Assembly: GCA_964356915.1 (NCBI GenBank)
Contig: CAYHJF010000003.1
Span: 83,579 to 130,603, forward strand
Direction: 5' to 3'
DNA length: 47,025 bases
Origin: an uncultured Candidatus Saccharibacteria bacterium
GTDB taxonomy: Bacteria > Patescibacteriota > Minisyncoccia > Ryanbacterales > GWA2-47-10b
Shown: positions 45,414 to 47,025 of the stretch, in pieces
How the letters are laid out: each line of letters begins with the position of its first letter
Numbering within the stretch: position 1 is the stretch's first letter
The notes under the pieces: model-generated
What the model was told of the DNA's origin: nothing
Database searches by the model: none
What the model saw: only the letters and a program-made list of their open reading frames with translations
Position numbers and translations under genes: made by a program

Positions 45414-46148
45414 TTACACTACCAATTCTTTGGGGTTATGTAAAGCAAAAACACCAATATATGAAAGCACGGCAGCTACTAAACTACCGAGTCGAGCAGC
45501 AGTTACCGCCCATCCATATACAAGCCCCGCCTCATCGAGGAGGCCCGCAACACCAACAAGAAGTAACGATGCGGAACTAAATAACAAAAAATTAGCCACT
45601 TGTTTTTGAATGCCTGTTCGACGATAAAAAGTCTCAAAAAAAAGTTTTATTCCGAGCAACCACAAGGGAGTAAACATCGCGACAAAAACAATGAGAGCTT
45701 CGTTTGGACTTGTGATTTGTCGTGCAAAAAAATTGCGAGTCCACGGCTGTACGCCATACGTAAAAAGTGCCAATAAAAAAATTCCGTATAACGCCCAGTA
45801 TCCGTACATAAACGAAGTTAATCCCTTTTGTCCGATCGCCGTAATATAAATAAAGCGAGCGATCATAACAACAGAAAGCCCCACAAATACTTGAAAAGCG
45901 TAGGCCATGATGATAGGAGCAAACACAAATGCCTCCGGCAAAGCCGTCTCACCGGTTAAATAACTTAAAAAATCCATCGATGCGATGAGAACCCAGACCG
46001 CAGACATAAAAAACCAAAATAACCCGAATGATCGTAGTGGCAATATCTCATAATCAATCTCAACGATGCGAGAGCTTCGATAGACAAGAAATGAGACTAT
46101 TCCTACAGAAAAAGATACAAGAACATTTAAGAGAATACCGATGAACAT
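45414..46148 (-). CDS. Hypothetical ~7-TM membrane protein (paralog 2)
   Basis: About 7 hydrophobic helices; similar to 46175-46873 (FWF.M..VW, QVFVG, DE.G.V.GWAVTA.RL, KEL.V). Confidence 0.8.
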   Translation of the reverse strand: MFIGILLNVLVSFSVGIVSFLVYRSSRIVEIDYEILPLRSFGLFWFFMSAVWVLIASMDFLSYLTGETALPEAFVFAPIIMAYAFQVFVGLSVVMIARFIYITAIGQKGLTSFMYGYWALYGIFLLALFTYGVQPWTRNFFARQITSPNEALIVFVAMFTPLWLLGIKLFFETFYRRTGIQKQVANFLLFSSASLLLVGVAGLLDEAGLVYGWAVTAARLGSLVAAVLSYIGVFALHNPKELVV

Positions 46149-46165
46149 AGCTTTAGTATATCACG
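46132..46165 (-). repeat. 34-bp direct repeat covering promoter and start codon (second copy at 46857-46890)
   Basis: agaataccgatgaacatagctttagtatatcacg at both positions. Confidence 0.9.
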
Positions 46166-46174
46166 CCATACATG

Positions 46175-46873
46175 CTATACGATTAATTCTTTCGAGTCGT
46201 GCAAAGAAAGAGTTGCTGCATATGCAGTAATCGCAGCGACCATGGATGCAAGACGAGAAGCGGTCACAGCCCATCCAGCAACAAACCCTATCTCATCAGG
46301 CGCGCCGGCGATACCAAGGATCAATAGTGATAGCGCACTAAATATATAAAACGTACGCCCTCCCTCAATTGAAATTTTTTGATCGCGTATCGCTCGTACT
46401 AAAAGTATGAGCGACCCAACCCACAACGGGATAAACATGCCGATAAAAATAAAAAGAGTCGTATCAGGGCTGATATTCTGCGTTGAAAAAAAACTCTCCC
46501 CTCGTGGGCGAACTTCAAATGTAAAAAGCGTGATGAGAAAAAAACAATACGCGATGCCGTATGCCCAGGCAATCTCTTTGCGTCGCCACGCATTTAGTAC
46601 GTACGTTGCTAAAAAATATGCTGCTGCGATGAGCGATGCTCCAACAAAGATTTGAAGAACGTATGTTGCTTTAAGTGAAAGATCCCGTCGATCAGCATAA
46701 GAAAGAAAATCAGCAACTGCAGTTGCAAGCCACACAAAACCCATAAGAAACCAAAATATTACAAACGCTCGCTGCCCCGACGTGAGTTCACGTGGACGTA
46801 CTGCAAACGTAAGAAAAGAAAACATGCTCACTGAAGCCGAAACAATAACAGAAAAAAGAATACCGATGAACAT
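46175..46873 (-). CDS. Hypothetical ~7-TM membrane protein (paralog 1)
   Basis: About 7 hydrophobic helices; tandem paralog of 45414-46148. Confidence 0.8.
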   Translation of the reverse strand: MFIGILFSVIVSASVSMFSFLTFAVRPRELTSGQRAFVIFWFLMGFVWLATAVADFLSYADRRDLSLKATYVLQIFVGASLIAAAYFLATYVLNAWRRKEIAWAYGIAYCFFLITLFTFEVRPRGESFFSTQNISPDTTLFIFIGMFIPLWVGSLILLVRAIRDQKISIEGGRTFYIFSALSLLILGIAGAPDEIGFVAGWAVTASRLASMVAAITAYAATLSLHDSKELIV

Positions 46874-46976
46874 AGCTTTAGTATATCACGTTCTACCTAC
46901 TAAGCTTTTACTGCGGTGTTTGTTGGACAAAGTTCGAAACTATTTCGAGCAAAATCCAAACGATTAAAATGGACTC

Positions 46977-47020
46977 GGCAGGGCGAAACAATTTGTCTGG
47001 GGGAAAGGATTCGCCCTGCC
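46977..47020. repeat. 11-bp GC-rich inverted repeat at the window edge
   Basis: GGCAGGGCGAA (46977-46987) / TTCGCCCTGCC (47010-47020). Confidence 0.6.
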
Positions 47021-47025
47021 TCGGC

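Noticed and set aside
1-47025. CRISPR arrays, rRNA genes, IS transposases, cobalamin riboswitch
   Set aside because: No regularly spaced repeats, rRNA signatures, transposase motifs or B12-box were seen by eye.

Overview
This is a 47-kb chromosomal segment of a small-genome bacterium, most likely Patescibacteria/CPR (Parcubacteria-like). That assignment is an inference from the short IF-2, truncated Mfd, an array of VirB2/TrbC-like pilins and apparently leaderless genes. The standard code applies, with UGA as stop. The backbone is housekeeping: ftsEX, prfB (with +1 frameshift), lepA, murJ, rnpB, btuR, nrdJ, ftsZ, ftsA, rpsU, hisS, lepB, pth, mfd-like, rpsA, gyrA, rbfA, infB and 7 ordinary tRNAs. 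The most unusual items follow. (1) A compact four-gene array of tRNA-like RNAs (15939-16280) keeps D and T arms and near-intact acceptor stems but has remodelled anticodon arms: a UCA 'opal' anticodon on an Ala-type body, two elongated arms, and a CCU anticodon on a Cys-like body. It lies next to an 18-aa type I toxin-like peptide gene. (2) Two tandem pilin genes share an identical 447-bp 5' module fused to different peptidoglycan-hydrolase-like C-termini, at the head of a pilin array. (3) At the prfB frameshift site a perfect GC hairpin sits where the internal Shine-Dalgarno normally is. (4) A Com-like zinc-ribbon gene is followed by a tandem repeat overlapping a terminator, a possible antitermination switch. 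(5) An unannotated structured RNA with its own promoter and terminator lies at about 31005-31118. (6) Fragments of tRNA-Gly are duplicated on both sides of the tRNA, one with a precise 20-nt GC-rich insertion.
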